Origin: Torpedo marmorata | Taxonomy: Eukaryota | Direction: 5' to 3' | DNA: 64,000 nucleotides | NCBI GenBank assembly: GCA_977017645.1 | Contig: OZ360239.1 | Location: forward strand, 37,758,001 to 37,822,000 | Shown: positions 38,767 to 51,500 of the stretch, piece after piece | Numbering within the stretch: position 1 is the first letter of the stretch | Layout: every line of letters begins with the position of its first letter | Made by a program: the position numbers and the translations under genes | The notes under the pieces: model-generated | Seen by the model: the letters and a program-made list of their open reading frames with translations, nothing else | What the model was told of the DNA's origin: nothing | The model's database searches: none

Positions 38767-39329
38767 TTAGCCAACTTATTTTTTTTCAAAAAGTGCTTTT
38801 ACTGCACAATTTCACCACAAACACTGCATTATTTGTCTATCATTGCTCATAAAATCCATGCTGCCATCGTACAGTGTGTCATTACAGTTCCAAACTGGCA
38901 CTCACCAGACAGAAATTGCTATTCATACTGACCTTGAGACAATTCCAACATTATGACATATAAATAGTTGCAACCTTTGTCGAAATGACATTCAGTTTGC
39001 CCAGGAATCCAAAATGATTTTGTTCTTGTATTCCCAGCCAAGATTTTAATTCTATTATGAATGCTGGAAGCCTGCCAGGACAAATGCACTGATATTGGAA
39101 TCTCACGTACAACAAAATGCAAAATGTGCACAGGATTATCTTGGAGTTGACAATCCTGACATCAAGTGTTGTCTGTGTGGAGTTTGCATGTTCTTCTGTT
39201 GACACTGAAGGTAACCCTTAGGTGCTTTGGTGTCTTCCCTTGTCTCAAAGAGTTGCTGGTTGATGGATTAATTTTGTCCTCTAACTTTGTCTTATTGTAG
39301 GTGAATCATTTGTGAGTTATTAAGTCATT

Positions 39330-39820
39330 CAGCATGGAAACAGGCCCTTCAACTCTGTGCCAACCATCGAGTTTCCATCAATATTAATCCCTGTTGCCAG
39401 GATTTGGCCCACAGCCTCTACCTCTTCACAACTCAAGTGGTTATCTAGATACTTAAATATCGTAAGAGTTTCTGCCTCCACCCACGCAGGAAGTGTGTTC
39501 CAGATTCCAACCGCACGTTTTGAGTAAAAAGAACTCATATTCTCTTCAACCCTCCTACACATTTTATTTTAAAGCAATCCCCTCTGGTTTTATATACTTC
39601 TGCTTTGGGGAAAAGTTTATTATTTTCTACCTTATCCATCCACCTCAAAATTTTGTGTACCTCAATCGGATTCTCCTCTTGGCCTCCTTCCCTCCAAGGG
39701 AACAAACCCATCACAAACTACACGCACCTCCTAAATTATATACTCCATCCTGGTGACTCTTCTCTGTATCTGATCCAGTGCATTCAGATTCTTCCTACAA
39801 GTGTGGAGACAGGAAATGCA
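39330..39820 (-). mobile_element. Degenerate CR1 3' fragment
   Basis: Translates FYSKRAVGIWNTLPAWVEAETLTIFKYLD. Confidence 0.7.
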
Positions 39821-40984
39821 CACAATTCTCTGGCTGTTTTCCAACCTCCAATGCACAGAAAGCCAAGCACAGAAAAATAGGCTTAGTATAGATGATTACA
39901 GAATGGTTTGCATGGACATTGTAGGCCAAAGGACTGTTTCTGTGCATTGGAGGTTGATACTGTCACCCAGCAAATTCCCTACGACATATCCTATTGCCTC
40001 CACACTTGCCTTCAAGTTGCTGAAAGAGCAGTGGACCTTGCTGACTAGGTTGTAGGCAGAATAAGGTCTGCGTATGGCTAACCTACAGCGATGGGGTCCT
40101 TATGACAAAGGTCTCTGTAAACACTAGCTGTGGCAAAGCATAAATCATGTGCATCATGCAGAATATTGTCAATGATCTCCCACTTGCTGGACATAAAGAA
40201 AAGTGTACAGCCACCGAGGATGTTTTTGCAATTTGGCCAATTAAATGAGCCATCAGCAATGATGCACATTGCACACTAAAAGAGTTGACAGGAGGTTCCA
40301 TGACACCGGACATTGTTCCCATTATTAACTGTAAAATACTCGTGGCACTTTACCACCTTATGAAACAGCAACTCCATTTATTTTGTCCAAAAAAATTAAG
40401 ACCATTCTCAAAACACTAATCTGTCTCTTTTGTCTTAACGCACTGAGTATAACTCGGGAATTAAAAAAATAAGCTGCTGGAGGACTTAGTTGGCCAGGCA
40501 GCATCTGTGGAGGCAAATGGGTAGTCGACGTTTTGGGTCGAAACCCTGCATCAGGTTTTTCTTGTGTCTTAATTTTACTGCACCTCATGCGACTCCAGCT
40601 CAGAAGCTGGTTGTGTTCCAAGGGAGTAGCCCTCCCCAACCAGCACCCAGTGCTGTGGGGGAAATCCAGGTGCAAACCTCTGAGGTTCATTTACATCTAA
40701 ACTTCTATTGTTGCAGTCTTAAGACAGAAACAGGTGCAGACACGAAAAAAAACCACAGAGGTGGTGTGCCTGCAATGATGTGAAAGAGCTAAATTCAAGT
40801 AACAGATAAACACCAAAAACAATGTGCAAGGTTAGAAAGGAGGTGCAGATGTTTAATCATCTGCCTTGCCAGTAATCATCTAAAGTTGTTCAACACAAAG
40901 TTATGGATACCTTAATGTTTGCCCTATCATTTTAGGGATGCTTGAGCCTATCCTTCCAAAGAAATTGAACTGCAGTAACCGTAT

Positions 40985-41530
40985 ACACAATGTGGCTACA
41001 AGAGCAGGTCAGAGGCAATGAATCCTGCAACAACTAAATAACCGCCTAACTCCCCAAAGCCTGTCCATCTACAAGGTTCAAGTCAGGGGTGTGAGGGACG
41101 ACTCTCCACTTCCCTGGATGAGTTCAACTTCAACAACACTCAACAAACTCGACCCTATTAAAGGACATAGCGGCCTGCTTGGTATTCACGTCCCATCCAC
41201 ATCATTCACTCACTCCACTACCAGTGCACAGCAGCAGCAGTCTTTACCCGTCTACAGGATGCAGTGCAGCAACTCACCAAGACTCAGACCCATGGCCTCT
41301 ACCAGCGAGATAGACAAAGGCTGCAAAAGCATGGAAACATCACAACCTGGAAGTTGCCCTCCAAGTTACCCACCGTCCTAACCCGGAAAGATATCACCTC
41401 CTGAAACTCCCTCCCTAACAGCATTGTGGGTACAACCCACACCTTGCAATTCAAGAAAGCACCTCACCACCACTTTCTCAAAGGCAATTAGGGATGGGCA
41501 ATTAAATACTGGCTCGGTCTTTGAAGCCTA
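40985..41530 (+). mobile_element. CR1/L2-clade LINE 3' fragment
   Basis: Motifs ccccaaagcctgtccatctacaagg and cacctcaccaccactttctcaaaggcaattagggatgggcaa. Related decayed copies at ~26395-26530 and ~45420-45960. Confidence 0.6.
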
Positions 41531-42043
41531 CATTTCAGAATAAAAATTGCCACACGTGCTCCTGAGATTCGTTCCTTTTGCCAATGTAATGTACCCTTTT
41601 TGTAGGCACTGCTCAGGAGCTTTAAAGATCCACAATGTGTAAACACAGTGCTGTTGAATCTGGTTTGGGTAAGTGGAAAAATAAGTTAGAACTTAAGATG
41701 ACTGATAGTCTTAAATTATCCCGTTTTCATTAATAGCAGAGAGAGTAATGCAAATCTTGGCAAAGTTATGAAACAAACCAGGACTAGCAGGTTTGGTGGA
41801 AGTAGGTTGAGGGATGAGGTGGGGGAGGATGTCATTTCAAGAAGGATCTGGTTCCAGAGTTCCAGAATTTGGCTCATTTCAACTTGAACTGATTCAAAAG
41901 GAAAAACAATCATACGTTGGCAGACTCTCTGTCTCCCACTGTTTTAAAATTTGCTGTGTCTGGTTATTTGGACTCATCTTGAAGTTGACCCCAGTGTACA
42001 TGATCAGTAACAGAATGACATCAAAATGTTCTATTCACTAATG

Positions 42044-42764
42044 CAGCGTTTCCCAAACTGGGTTCTGCGGAGAGGAGCAGGGGTTCCGCGAAAGAAATAA
42101 CTAAAACTTGCAATAATTTTTTTAATTTAAATTACTTTTTAACCTGTGTGTTGAAATCGCTGCGTTTCTGCGATGGCAGCAAGCAGTTGCCCCAAAGCTA
42201 ACAAAACAAAATGGCGTCTTGAGGCCCGACATCAGCAGCGTAGACGTCAGGCCTCAAGACGCCATTTTCAACCAATGAGACTCGGATTTCTTTTGACGCG
42301 TTTTAAAAATTTAAACTGCCTCCCCCTCTTCTCGCTCGCTCCCTAAGTGGGGAGCGAGGCGCGGCGGCGGGGAGCGAAGGTCGGCCCGGGCAGCGGTGGG
42401 GAGCGAGGGGCGATGGCGGGGAGCGAGGGTTGGCCTGGGCCGTGATGGAGAGCAAGGGGCGGCGGGGGTAGCCAGGCCTGTGGCGGGGAGCGAGGGGAGG
42501 TGGGTTAGCCCAGGCCCGTGGCAAGGCAAGGTCGGGGGTGGGGGGGAGCGTTACTGAAGCTCAGCCTAGGGCCCGGGTGGAAGTTAATCTGCTACTGATG
42601 AGTTTATTTACTTTTTTAAATATGCTTGTATATGCTTTATATTTATTTATTTATATGCTTGTGTATATACCAGGTCTTTTAAACTGTAAATGACGATTGG
42701 GGTTCCGCGATTTCCAAGTGCTCCCCAAAAGGGTTCCGTGAGTTAAAAAGTTTGGGAAGCCAGG
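42044..42764. mobile_element. hAT (Charlie-type) non-autonomous element with GC-rich interior
   Basis: Perfect 8-bp TSD cactaatg (42036-42043 and 42765-42772). TIRs cagcgtttcccaaact / agtttgggaagccagg. Subterminal gggttccgcg motifs. Confidence 0.9.
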
Positions 42765-42975
42765 CACTAATGTAATAAAATGTCTTATATAACCATATTT
42801 AAACATGTGACTTTGCTTGAAAAAAATCTCAAGGATGGTAGGTTGATTTCATAATCTGTCTCATGCAAACCTTCCACTTGCCAGAAATTACTGGGTTTCT
42901 GTGAGGTCAAATCAATATTTTCTGAACATTTTGCCAAATCAAACCTTCAGGATTCAAGAGGGAATAAAACATCTA

Positions 42976-43502
42976 CTGTAAATACTCGTGTAATAGTCGA
43001 GTTTTGGGGACCGATTTTTCAGATCAAATTTGGGGGGTCGAGTTTTACACGGATACTACTTTTGACTGCGGAAAGTACCTGCGTCATTCAAGGTGTCGGG
43101 AGCTCGAATGGCCGGGACCGGGTGGCAAGTACGTGTTATCGGGTGCATGGATGGGCGGGCAGCCAAGGCGAGAATCCGCAGTCAGGGCATCGGAAGCTCG
43201 GATGGGCGGGCGGTTGGGGCGTCAGGAACTCGGATGGGTGGGTGGCCGAGGCGAGGGTTCGCGGACAGGGCGTTGGATGGGCGGGCGGCCGAGGCGAGAA
43301 TCCGCAGTCAGGGCATCGGGAGCTCAGATGGGTGGGGGCCGGGGCGAGGATCCGCGGTCGGGGCGTCAGGAGTTCGGATGCGTGGGTGGCTGAGGCGAGG
43401 ATCCGCGGTCGGGGCGTCGGGAGCTCGTATGGGTGGCCGGTCGGGGCCAAAAATAGGGAGTTGACTTTTACACGGGATTGACTATTACACGAGTGTATAT
43501 GG
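42976..43502. mobile_element. Tc1/mariner-superfamily (Tc2/pogo-like) MITE with internal GC-rich minisatellite
   Basis: TA TSD. TIRs ctgtaaatactcgtgtaatagtc / gactattacacgagtgtatatgg. Interior of tandem gagctcggatgggtgggtggccgaggcgagg-like units. Confidence 0.85.
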
Positions 43503-43875
43503 TATATAAAATATATTTAACCACATGGAGTGACTTGCAATGCAAAATATGGCATCTCACAACAAACATCACACAATGTAAAATACAACCATGTCAACCT
43601 CAGAAATACAGTGTGTTGAAGATACTTCATAACATCCAGCATCACCTATCTAAAATAACCTAGAGGACAAATAGATAAGCTGGTTAAGGCAGATGGGATA
43701 CTTGTCTTCTTTGGCTTTGTCAATAAAGACAAGGTCAGAGAGGTCACACTGGAACTGTTAGTGGTACCAATTAGTGGTAATTCTGCCACGCCCGCAGGAA
43801 AAAAAATCTCAGGGTTGTATGTGAGATCATGTATGTATTCTGACAATAAATCTGAAATCTGAATCTACAACTCGT

Positions 43876-45050
43876 GTCACAAGAGGCTGCAGATGCTGGA
43901 ATCTGAAGCAAAAATACAAACTGTCAGAGGAACACGACTGCCTAGCAGCATCCGTAGTGTGAAGGGAATTGTTGACATTTCTGGTTGAGCATCTGCATCA
44001 GGACTGAGAGTGGAGAGAGAAGATAGCCAGTATAAAGAGGAGAGGAGTGAGATTCGAGCCGGTAGGGGATAGATGGACTGAGGACAGGCTGAGGAGGTCA
44101 GGATGAGGGAAGGGTGGAGGAACTTGTCCATTTTAATCATCTTCACTATTGACCTCCACCCTGCTCTCAAATTTACTTGGATCATTTCCAACACTTCTCT
44201 CCTCCTTCTAGATCTCCATCTCAGGAGACAAATTCTCCAGACAATTTCTATAAACCCAATGCCTTGCACAGCTACCTCGACCACACCTCTTCCACCCATC
44301 TCTTGCAAGGATGCCTTCCCTTTCTTCCAGTTCCTCGGTCTCGCCGCATATGCTCTCAAGATGGGGCCTTCCACTGCAGGACATCTGAAATGTCCACCCT
44401 TTTCAGGAAACATGGTGTCCATTTTACTGTTTTAAAAAAAAATGTAGACATACAGCATTGGTAACAGGCTATTTCGGCCCACGAGTCCGTGCCGCCCAAT
44501 TAACCTACAACACCCCGGTACGTTTCGAACGGTGGGAGGAAACCGGAGCCCCCGGAAAAAACCCACACAGACACGGGGAGAACGTACAAACTCCTTACAG
44601 ACAGTGCGGGATTCGAACCCAAGTCCCGATTGCTAGCGCTGTAAAGGTGTTGCACTAACCACTACGCCAACTGTGCCGCCCTGTGGTCAATAGAGCCCTC
44701 TCTCTCATTTCCTCTGCTTCTCAGACTTGTGCTATCAATCCTCCCCATACTTGGTAGCCTGTGTGCTCCTGCAGAGGTTGACTCCACCTTCATCTCCCCT
44801 CCCCCATCTCCCCCACCCCCTCCCCCCCCGCAGCCTCCCAACACAGCTCCATTTGTCTGATTTTTTTTCTCTCATCTGCTTCCAGCCATCACTCACCTGC
44901 CTCAGTCTCCCAACTCTGCCCCTCCTCCCCACCAGTCAGTCATCGTTACCTCTTCACTCAGTCAACCTATCACCAACTGGCCCCTTCTTTATACTCCACT
45001 CAATTCCGATGCAGGGTTTCCAGACTGAAACCGTGACAATTGCTTCTTAC
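43876..45050 (+). mobile_element. Penelope-like element remnant (inverted 5' repeat, RT fragment, 3' terminal repeat), interrupted by a V-SINE
   Basis: 44150-44415 encodes frameshifted HPALKFTW...FYKP...HSYLDHTSS...RRICSQD, the PLE RT C-terminal region. An oppositely oriented terminal repeat lies at 43876-44100, and ccgatgcagggtttccagactgaaac at ~45006. Confidence 0.7.
44433..44681 (-). mobile_element. V-SINE (HE1-like), young copy
   Basis: Reverse complement of the head (gggttcgaatccc) and V-domain. Same family as 4642-4885. Confidence 0.88.
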
Positions 45051-45217
45051 CCCACCCCCCCCCTCCCCCTCCCCCCCCAGCACTACAAAAAGTAGATCTC
45101 CTTCTGGAATTCAACAACATTGCCATAATCAATTCCCCACCCACCACTGAAATTCTAGGGGTGAGGCAGCAGACCAGGTTCATCACTGACTGAAAACTTA
45201 ATCAGATCAGCCATATA

Positions 45218-45415
45218 CAATAAACCCCATTATCCGAATTCAAGCAACCGGCAGCCTCAAACAACCGGAAAAAAAAATCGCGGAAAATAAATACGGTAGG
45301 TAAAAGATAGAGGTTTAAAATTGCCTCGCCATTAGTTTGCCAATCATGCAACCTGCAATCTCAAGCAACCAGAAAATCACTCATGGATAAGTGCTGGATA
45401 CCAGGGGGTTTGCTG
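45218..45415. mobile_element. Tigger-like MITE
   Basis: TA-flanked, with imperfect TIRs caataaaccccattatcc / ggataccagggggtttgctg and repeated caagcaaccgg motifs. Confidence 0.65.
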
Positions 45416-47199
45416 TAAATTCAGTGACAGTGAGAGCAGAACATAGATTAGAGATTCCCAGGGTTTTATCTGCCAAATACTGAAAGCCTTTCTATGAATA
45501 AGGAGGCACAAATCAGGTGCTAGATGGAATATTCTTCAGTTACCTGAATGCAGCAACTACAAGAAGCTCAACACCATCCAATAAACAGCAACCTGTTCAA
45601 TCAGCACTATGCCCAACATTTTCAGCATCTACTCCCAACACACTGTGGTGCTGATAACCTGCAATAATCCTTCTACAGCGTTTGCCAAACTTGACCTCCA
45701 CCACTCAAAGCACAAGAACAGCATGCACAACACTCCATAATCACCAAGTTCATCTCCAAGTCACACACCATTCGAACTCCAAAACATTTTGCCAACCCTT
45801 CACATCACCAGGTCACATTTTGTGGACTCCAGCACAATGGAAGTACTTTTGCCACATAAACTTCAATCACGCAAGAAGGTGGGTCACTGTCATTTTGAAA
45901 TATTACTGTGGCTGCATTGATGTTTATGACTACACAAGAGCCCAGTACTTCAGCCCTGTCACTCACTTTGTGGTTTCTATTGAAAGGGCTTTCAGAGAAA
46001 ATCTGTGCTATAGAAATCATTGGAGTGTGAAATCTGGTCAATACTTAACAGCAGTAAATAGGAGATTATTGCAGCTGTAAAAGCAGGTGGCATCATCGAA
46101 GGTCAAAGTTATTTCAAAAGCTGGAGGAGGAAAGAGCAGATCAAAACAATGATAGAGATAAGAATTATATTTTAGACAATCCTCAGAATTCCAAAAATGT
46201 ATTCCTTTTGTTAAGTCAACAAATCTGTACCAATGAGGTTTGAAATAAAAACCCTCAGATGTACACATTTAGGTTTAGGCAGTTCTGACGGAGGGCCTTG
46301 GACCTGAATCGTTAACTGTTTTTCTTTCGACAAATGTTGCCTGATCTGCTGAGTATTTCCAGTATTTTCTGGTTTTATTTCAGATTTCCTGCAATTTTTT
46401 TTATTTTCATTAGTTTAAGCTTGTTTAGATATTTTTTTCATTGTTTTACAATTCGCTTGACTGCCACTCAACAAAGGACGCACAACATTCATACACATAG
46501 ATCACAGGAAGCAATAAAATTCATTTAAGGGAGTAAAGTATGAGAACAAACAAGAAAGTGACTTCTTCAGTTGACGCTACATGTGACATTAAAAACTTGT
46601 TTGAAAGAAAGATGGGGCTGATGAAGGGGTTAACTGTCCACAAAACCCTGCGTTCAGTGTGGTGTACATCAGATAAGTAGTCGTGCATGCCTGAATTGTC
46701 ATCTGTGGACCATAGCAAGATAAAAAGAACTCAATGGATCATTCCAATCCAACTAAAACAAGAACCCATTTAATGTCCACAAGACTAGTCCGCTTCATTT
46801 CCACTGTCACCAAGATTATGACAAACGCCATTCTGCTTCACTTACTTGTCTGAAATTATGAAGTACAGTGGCCCTCAGTATACTTGAAACTTTTTTAAAA
46901 AATTCATAGTTGTTTACTCATCCAAGCAGATGTTGCTGGCAACCAGAAGCCCTGAAAGAATCTGGAGGAGAGATGTTCCACGCAGGAAAATTTGGCAGTT
47001 GGCAGAAGTTTGCATTTTAAATCCTGTTTACTTCAACCATGACTTCAGCCACAAATACACCTGTAGGCTCCAAAAGCTTCTATGTACCATGTGCTGGAAG
47101 TCTGAATCTCAGGACAAGTTTTCTCATCCTCTCCTTCACAGAGCCTCTACGTCTCTTCGACGTGACAAGTGGATCTGCATGCTGCTTTGTACACAGAAG

Positions 47200-47757
47200 C
47201 AGAATTTATTGTCATGAACATGTGCCACGAAATTCGTTGTTTTGCGGCAACGTTACAGGTGCAAATATTGCTATCAATCACATTTTAAAAAATAAATCAA
47301 TTAATAAATTAGTGCAAAAAAAGAGAAAAGTGAGGTAGTGTCTGTGGATCGTTGTCCATTCAGAAATCTGATGGCAGAGGGGAAGAATCTGTTTTTGTAC
47401 CGCTGGGTGTTCGTCTTCAGGCTCCTGGACCTTGTTCCTGATGGTAGCAGTGAGAAGAAGGCATGGTCTGGGTGGTAAGGGTCCTTGATCATAGAGGCTA
47501 CTTTCTTCAGACACCGCCTCTTGTAGATGTCCTTAATGGAGTGAAGACTGGTGCCCATGATGGCGCTGGCTGAGTTCACAACTCTGTAGTCTTTTCCTGT
47601 CCTGTGCATTGGCACTTCCATACCAGACAATGATGCAACCAGTCAGAATGCTCTCCACGGTACACCTGTAGAAATTTGCAAGAGTCTCTGGTGACATACA
47701 AAATCTCCTCAAAAAGTATAGCCACTGGCGAGCTTTCTTCATGATTGCATCGACATG
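47200..47757 (-). mobile_element. Rex1/Babar 3' fragment
   Basis: Motifs KKARQWLYFLRRF, FYRCTVESILTGCI, KDPYHPDHAFFSLLPSG. Confidence 0.9.
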
Positions 47758-48579
47758 AACTTGAGGTTCCTAGTTGTTCCACAATCCAGTTGCCGGTACC
47801 TACTCCTAGATCAAGGTTAGGCAATGAATACTGCTCTAGTATCCAACCAAACACTTTGTAAGGTGCCTTAGATAATAAACAGAAACCTCTGTCGACTTAC
47901 TCATCCTTAAACTGTTGGAATTATCTTATACCATCACATTCTTAACAGCTCAGCGAGGTTTAATTTAGTTCTGCAAATGATCAACAGACTGGACCTTATA
48001 GGTAAATGTCAGCAGTTCCATCCTATTTACCCCTTTAAATGGAAGCCAGTTTGTGATTCATGCTTATTTGCACACAAAGATGGAATTCTGAACTTGCTGA
48101 GAGCTTCCTGCTGGAAAAATCTGCCACAGGTCTCCACGTGAAGTCTACGCAGAACCAAACTTGATGAGAGTCTGCAGCACTTACGCTGGGAATCTACTCT
48201 CGGATCCTGTGCCAGGATGGACCTGGCGCGGAGTCTGAGAGCCCATTCATTGCCATGGAGACCTGACAGCTGGGTGGAAGTTAACCAAAGGATAAGTCAA
48301 GTTATTTATTAATTTTTGGTCTCAGCGGCATTGCTTTAATTATTTTAAAGTGTTTTTAAATCTTGCTAATCGTTTTTACATTTAATTATTTATATCATTG
48401 TGTAATAGTTTATGAAAGCGATCCAAAAGCTTCACAGATTGACAGATGGCTAATCAGAGGGGGCAGGCTTATCAATCTGTTAAACATTTCTCCAGTAGTT
48501 TGTGGGTGGGACTTGTTCTGGCCTGATTACATCATTCAAGTCCCTGTTAAGGCCCTTGATCTTGTGTAGGTCCAGGAGG

Positions 48580-49150
48580 CTCTTAGCCAGCAAGTAAAGC
48601 CTCCTGGACGTGAATTAAGCACAAGGCAACGGGGAATCTGAGTGGTGAACCGAGAAGCTTGGGAGAGGACCATACAGGGTGGGAGGCCACAGCAGCGGAC
48701 CAGCGAGGGGCTCGGCAGCCTGAGGACTTACACCAGGCTGTAGGATGCTTGACATTGGCTCGTGGGAACCAGGTATCAGGTCTGGGATTCGTGAGGGTGC
48801 CAATGGCGAGCAGGGCTCCCAAAGGGCCTCGGGCGCTGACAGCTTCCTAATCATATCGGGGGTTCAGAACCTGTGGCCGAGGAGGGTGATTTTGGATGCC
48901 TGGAGCTTGGGTTCACCACTGGAACGGACATGAGGCCATGCGGCTAAGGAGGTGATGGCAGGACGCGGCGGCATCAGAGGAGGTGGTGGAATCCACAGAC
49001 ACTCCATATCTTTGAAGGGAATCTCTTTTGCTTCTCTTTCTCTTGATATTGGCACTGGACGAATGGCACCTCTGTGTGTGTCTTTACAGGCAAACAAAAG
49101 TAAACACTTTGTGTGTATGTATGTACACGACAATAAAGGGACCTTGAACA
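48580..49150 (+). repeat. Unclassified interspersed repeat with a LINE-like tail, copy 1
   Basis: Reverse-complement similarity to 50705-51300; ends gacaataaagggaccttgaac. Confidence 0.65.
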
Positions 49151-50063
49151 GTCCTCATTCAGCACAACATGCTAATGTGAAACAATATGACATTTACTTA
49201 CCTCGCACTCTGGAAATTCTATTACCTATTAATTCAAAAGGAAAAATCAAAATGGCCTCTTCTTGAAAATCTTATGTATTTTTTTTAAACCTTCACTAAC
49301 AGCAGGGATTAGCAGGTCCAGTCAGACTTCCAAAACAATTTTCAGCCATAAGATTCAGCCTGACTGAATCAATTCTGTTAATATCCCCCACTGAATGCCA
49401 AGGTTATTTGGAACTCCCGAATTGCATACCACATTAGTAAGGAACTGTACCAATGACAAATTCTGTTTATATTTAAAATCTGTGTTGGCTCTAATCTTCA
49501 TCTGGTCACCATGTAAACATTAACAAGCTTCACAACAGAGCACTGCCCCGGCCTACACAAGTACACACACTTCTTTGAAAAATTCCTACGTGTTCTGCTT
49601 CAATTCGAAGCCATTGATCATCATCCACCATCAGCTCCCCAACTCCTATAACTCTTTTGCCTCCTGGTCTTGTACCTAGCCTGTGTTTCTTTACATGTGC
49701 CTTTACCATTCACTTTTGCCTTGCACTATCACCACTTTCGTCATTAAATCCCTCCTGCATTGCACGCTTTCCCAGGCTTTTCCTTCTTTCCTCCGCTCTC
49801 TCTCTCATTTCCTTTGCTCACTCTCTCACTTCTCTGGTGCAGCCTAATCGGCTAAGTATTTCCTGTATTTTGTAATTTTATTTATGACAAGCCAGAACTG
49901 CTTCAATTTTGTCAAAATATAGGAGTCCTAATTTTCAGAGACACCCAGCGATAGGCCAAGCAGATTCTTCGCTTGATTTGGGGCCCATGCTCCACAGATG
50001 CTTTCTGGCCAACAAAAACAGCCACAAAAGGGTTTTAGTGAAATGTATGGTATTAGAAACCTG

Positions 50064-50219
50064 AAACACGAAAGTCTGCAGGTGCTGTGATTGTAATAAA
50101 AAAACACAAAAATGCTGGTCTCGCAGGGTCCATAGGAGGTAAAGATACACAACCAATGTTTTGGGCTTTACCTCGTATGGACGCTGTGAAACCTGCTGAG
50201 TTCCTCCAGCATTTTTGTG
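50064..50219. mobile_element. Palindromic Penelope-derived element (two inverted terminal-repeat halves)
   Basis: cacaaaaatgctgg...tccataggaggtaaag pairs with ctttacctcgtatgga...ccagcatttttgtg. Confidence 0.7.
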
Positions 50220-50704
50220 GTCCGAGAAGGCTAAAAACGTTACAAGCTTTGAAGTCACACTGATTTACATTGTCATTTATGGTCTCAAGAGGCTCACTCA
50301 CTAACATTTATGATGCCTGAAAACCTACGACACAATGCTCTTCAGCCCAATGTGTTGTGCTGGACGAAAAAAACAACTCTAATTTCCACCTGCCAGCACT
50401 GGCTCCAAAGAGCGTCAGGCTACGGCTCCAATAATCATGATGGTTCTTGCCTCTTCCAACCTCTTGGACAGAGAGTTCCAGACCCCTACTGGGTGGAAGA
50501 TATTCTTTCTCATCTCCTTTTACCTATGACTTCATGCTCACTGGTTTAGTTCCCCCTGACACCGAGACCCAGCAGAACCTCAGTTAAGTCTCCCCTGAGC
50601 CTCCTCTGCTCCAAAATAACACCACCATTAATCCTGATAATGTCTTCTCAATTCTCCTGTTGCAGCCTCCCCTGTGCTGACATCTTTCTCGAATGAGGTG
50701 ATCA

Positions 50705-51500
50705 AGGTTCAAGGTTCTTTTACTGCAATGTATATACATACACAAAATTTGTTTACTTTTGTTTGTGCATAAAGGCACACAAAGAGGAGGCCACTAGTCC
50801 AGCGCCCCTACCAAGAAGAGAAAGGGAAGCAAAAGAGGATCCCTTCTGAAACACACAGTCCATGGATCCTGCCATCTGCTCCCATGACACTACCTCCTGC
50901 GCTCCCATAATCTCTGTAGCTGCACAACTTTCTGTCTCTTCCAGCGGTGAATCTGAGCTCCAAGCATCCAAAGTTGCCCTCCTCAGCCCCCTGGTTCCAA
51001 ACACCTGATACAATTAGAATCTGTCAGCACATGAAGCCCTTCGGCAGCCCTGCTCGCCATTGTCACCCTCACAAATCCCGGTCCCGATACCTGGTTCCCA
51101 TGAGCCGATCTCCAGCAGCCTGCGGAGAGTCTTTCAGCGGCCGAGTCCCGCGCTGTTCAGCTGCTGTTATCTCTTATCCTGTAGGGTCTTCTCAGGCCCC
51201 GTGGAGTGGCATTCTCCCACTCTGGAGCCCCACACCAGTCTGGAACCCGCAGCCCCCGTGATCTGGGCTGCCAAGCATGGGCACCGCCATCTTGGGTACA
51301 GATCTCCGTGGGTTCTCCAATGTAAAGATAAACCCTGCCAGCCTTGTTCTACAGGCAATTTAGACCTTTACAGGGCCGTTGGGCAGGACAACCAGGCAGT
51401 AGGACCCAGTGGAGCAGAGCTGGAAGACTCGTCTCCACTCCTCCCGGGTCCACACCAGCAGCACTGGACAAGAGCTGGAAGGCCATGCAAAACACCATGC
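50705..51500 (-). repeat. Same repeat family, copy 2 (inverted), inserted in a CR1 remnant
   Basis: Shared blocks tgggaaccaggtatc, ttggatgc.tggagct, tcttttgcttc and gcaaacaaaagtaaaca-like sequence. Confidence 0.65.

Noticed and set aside
43004-43481. Overlapping Gly/Arg/Trp-rich ORFs
   Set aside because: Artefacts of the GC-rich minisatellite, which is open in several frames.
48127-48265. 10-bp inverted repeat caggtctcca / tggagacctg
   Set aside because: Too short, with no TSD or clear element ends; probably a decayed repeat or chance.
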